The notes under the pieces were generated by a model. It made no database searches. It was not told where the DNA came from and was given only the letters and a program-made list of their open reading frames with translations. Positions 61,800-64,000 of a stretch of 64,000 nt of DNA are shown piece by piece. The position numbers were made by a program, and so were the translations under genes. Numbering within the stretch: position 1 is the stretch's first letter; each line of letters opens with the position of its first letter. This stretch comes from Mobula birostris. Its lineage: Eukaryota. The stretch spans positions 22,295,130 through 22,359,129 of the forward strand of contig NC_092375.1 in the NCBI RefSeq assembly GCF_030028105.1, given 5' to 3'.

Positions 61800-62460
61800 A
61801 TTTCTTACATCCTTCACATACATGAGGAGTAAAAATCTTTACGGCTCCGTCTAAATGTGCAATGTGCAATCATAGTAATTTATAATAAATAGAACAGTTA
61901 ATGTAAATTAGAAATACACTCAAATCAGTGTAAGTTAATCAGTTTGATGGCCTGGTGGAAGAAGCTGTTTTGGAGCCTGTTGGTCCTGACTTTTATGCTG
62001 TGGTACCGTTTCCCGGATGGTAGCAGCTGGAATAGATTGTGGTTGGGGTGACTCGAGTCCCCAGTGATCCTTTGGGCCCTTTTTTCACACCTGTCTTTGT
62101 AAACGTCCTGAATCATGGGAAGTTCACAACTACAGATGCGCTGGGCTGTCCGCTCCACTCTCTGCAGAATCCTGCGATTAAGGGAGGTACCGTTCCCATG
62201 CCAGGCAGTGATGCAGCCAGTCAGGATGCTCTCAGTTATGCCTCTGTCAAAAGTTTTTAGGATTTGGGGGCCGGTAACAAACTTCCTCAACTGTCTGAGG
62301 TGAAAGAGGTGCTATTGTGCCTTTTTCACCAGGCAGCTGGTGTGTACAGACTACGTGAGGTCCTCGGTGATGTGGATGCCAAAGAACTTGAAGCTGTTTA
62401 ACCCCTCAACCCCAGATCTATTGATGTCAATAGGGGTTAGCCCATCTCCATTCCTCCTGT
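61800..62460 (-). mobile_element. Rex1/Babar-type LINE 3' fragment
   Basis: ORF 61925-62290: ESILTGCITAWHGN...HPNHNLFQLLPSGKRYHSIKVRTNRLQNSFFHQAIKLIN. Confidence 0.88.
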
Positions 62461-62469
62461 AATCCACAA

Positions 62470-63010
62470 CTAGCTCCTTTGTCTTTGTGACATTGAGGAA
62501 TGCCCTTCACAATAGTGGAGGGATTGGATGCTTGTGGAAGTGGGCTGCCTTGTACTGGATGGTGTCAAGCTTCTTGAGTGTTGATGGAGCTGCACTCATC
62601 CAGGCGAGTGGCAAGTATTCCATTACACTCCTGACCTGAGCCTTGTCGATGGTGGAGTCAGGAGGTGAGTTACACACAGCAGGATTCCTAGCCTTTGACC
62701 TGCTGTGCTAGCCATGGCATTTATATGGCTAGACCAGTTCAGTTTCCTGTCAATGCTAACCCCCAGGATGTTGATAGCAGGGGATTCAGTGATGATGCTA
62801 CTGAATGTCAAGGGATGATGGTTAGAGCCTCTCTTGTTGGAGATGATCATTGCCTGACACTTGCGTGGCTCGAATGTTATTTGCCACTTGTCAGCCCAGG
62901 CATGAATATTGTCCAGGTCCTTATGCATTTGGTTATAATCTGCTTCACTATCTGAAGAGTCACGAATGGTGCAGAACATTGTGTAGTCACCTGTGAACAT
63001 CCCCACTTCT
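62470..63010 (-). mobile_element. Divergent CR1-clade LINE RT fragment, not the HER1-like subfamily
   Basis: FTGDYTMF...DLDNIHAWADKWQITFEPRKCQAM...ILGVSIDRKLNWSSHI. Confidence 0.75.
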
Positions 63011-64000
63011 GACCTTATGATGGTCAATCTCAATAAATAAATAAGTAAAGTAGAAAACAAAGAGTACATGTTTATCCCAGCCTCCTGTGTTTTTCTTTCA
63101 GTTAGCTTATGGAAATACGAAACATAACAGTATGATTTAAGATGAACACTTGACTGCCCTGTCTACCTCATCATGGCTTGCACCCTATTGTCTACCTGCA
63201 GTGCACTTTCTCTGCAACTGTAACACTATGTTCTCCATTCTGTTATTGATTTTTCTTTGACTATCTCAATGTACTGATGTGATGGAATGATCTAAATAGA
63301 CAGCATTCAAAGCAAAGTTTTTCACTGTACATATAACAATAAATTAATTTGCTAATTAGTATAGTCAGAGTTTGAACTTTATAGGCCTGAAAAGTGACCA
63401 TCTTTAATTAGTTAAAGAATAACTGGGTTTTGCTAACCCAGCTATCTATGATACAGTCAACATTCAAACTGTATCCTTAGTGCTCCTTTCAATCTTTGTT
63501 CTCATACGGGGTCACCAAAGCTTTGCCCATGGATATCATGCTGTGGCTCAGCCTGAAGCTATTGTCGGAGCTGCTTCTGGTATCTGCCTTAAGTCACAGT
63601 GTGGTGGAGGTACAAAAGGCTGGAGTAACATGCGATCTGCTGGAGGAACTCGGTGAGTCGAGCGATGACTTTGTGGGTAAAAGAATCGTCGACTCTTGAT
63701 ACAGGTTTTGACCTGAAATGTTGACATTTCCTTTGCTGCCACAGATACTGAGTGACTTATTAAGTCTCTCCCACAATTTGTATCACTCTTGTATGATAAA
63801 ATGGGCTCTCGAACACATGATCTACCTCAGTATGATCTTGCACTTTATTGTTTACCTGCACCGCATTTCTCTGTAGCTTTTATACTTTATTCTGTACTGT
63901 TTTCTGTACACTGTGTAATCATGTGAACTGTATTAACAATATACAAGACAAGCTTTTCACTGTATCTTGGTACATGTGGCAATAATAAACCAATTCCAAT

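Noticed and set aside
1-64000. CRISPR arrays, rRNA or prokaryotic operon-like systems
   Set aside because: No regularly spaced repeat-spacer arrays or rRNA-like sequence; the window has spliceosomal introns and vertebrate retroelements throughout.

Overview
Eukaryotic, repeat-dense vertebrate DNA. The repeat families (HER1-like CR1 LINEs, V-SINEs, Penelope-like elements, Rex1/Babar tails, Tc1/mariner and hAT elements) point to a cartilaginous fish, probably a ray; this is inference. One host gene is visible: a + strand, two-Ig-domain, single-pass membrane protein resembling IGSF5/JAM4. Seven coding exons (13200-13245, 14952-15266, 18895-19194, 24511-24627, 25621-25645, 35244-35341, 42605-42666) join through canonical GT-AG introns with matching phases into 321 open codons; the terminal exon was not found. 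Nearly all other listed ORFs are transposon fragments or their antisense shadows. The most notable structures are: minimal type-I hammerhead ribozyme motifs in the Penelope-like 3' ends; a 199-bp fold-back Penelope derivative with a 14-bp target duplication whose hairpin loop is the hammerhead stem-II loop; a small CR1 tail expanded to about 5 kb by a Penelope element, a hAT MITE, a SPIN/Buster-type hAT and a solo LTR; a nest of four CR1 insertions; and a perfect palindromic RFX X-box in an intron of the gene.
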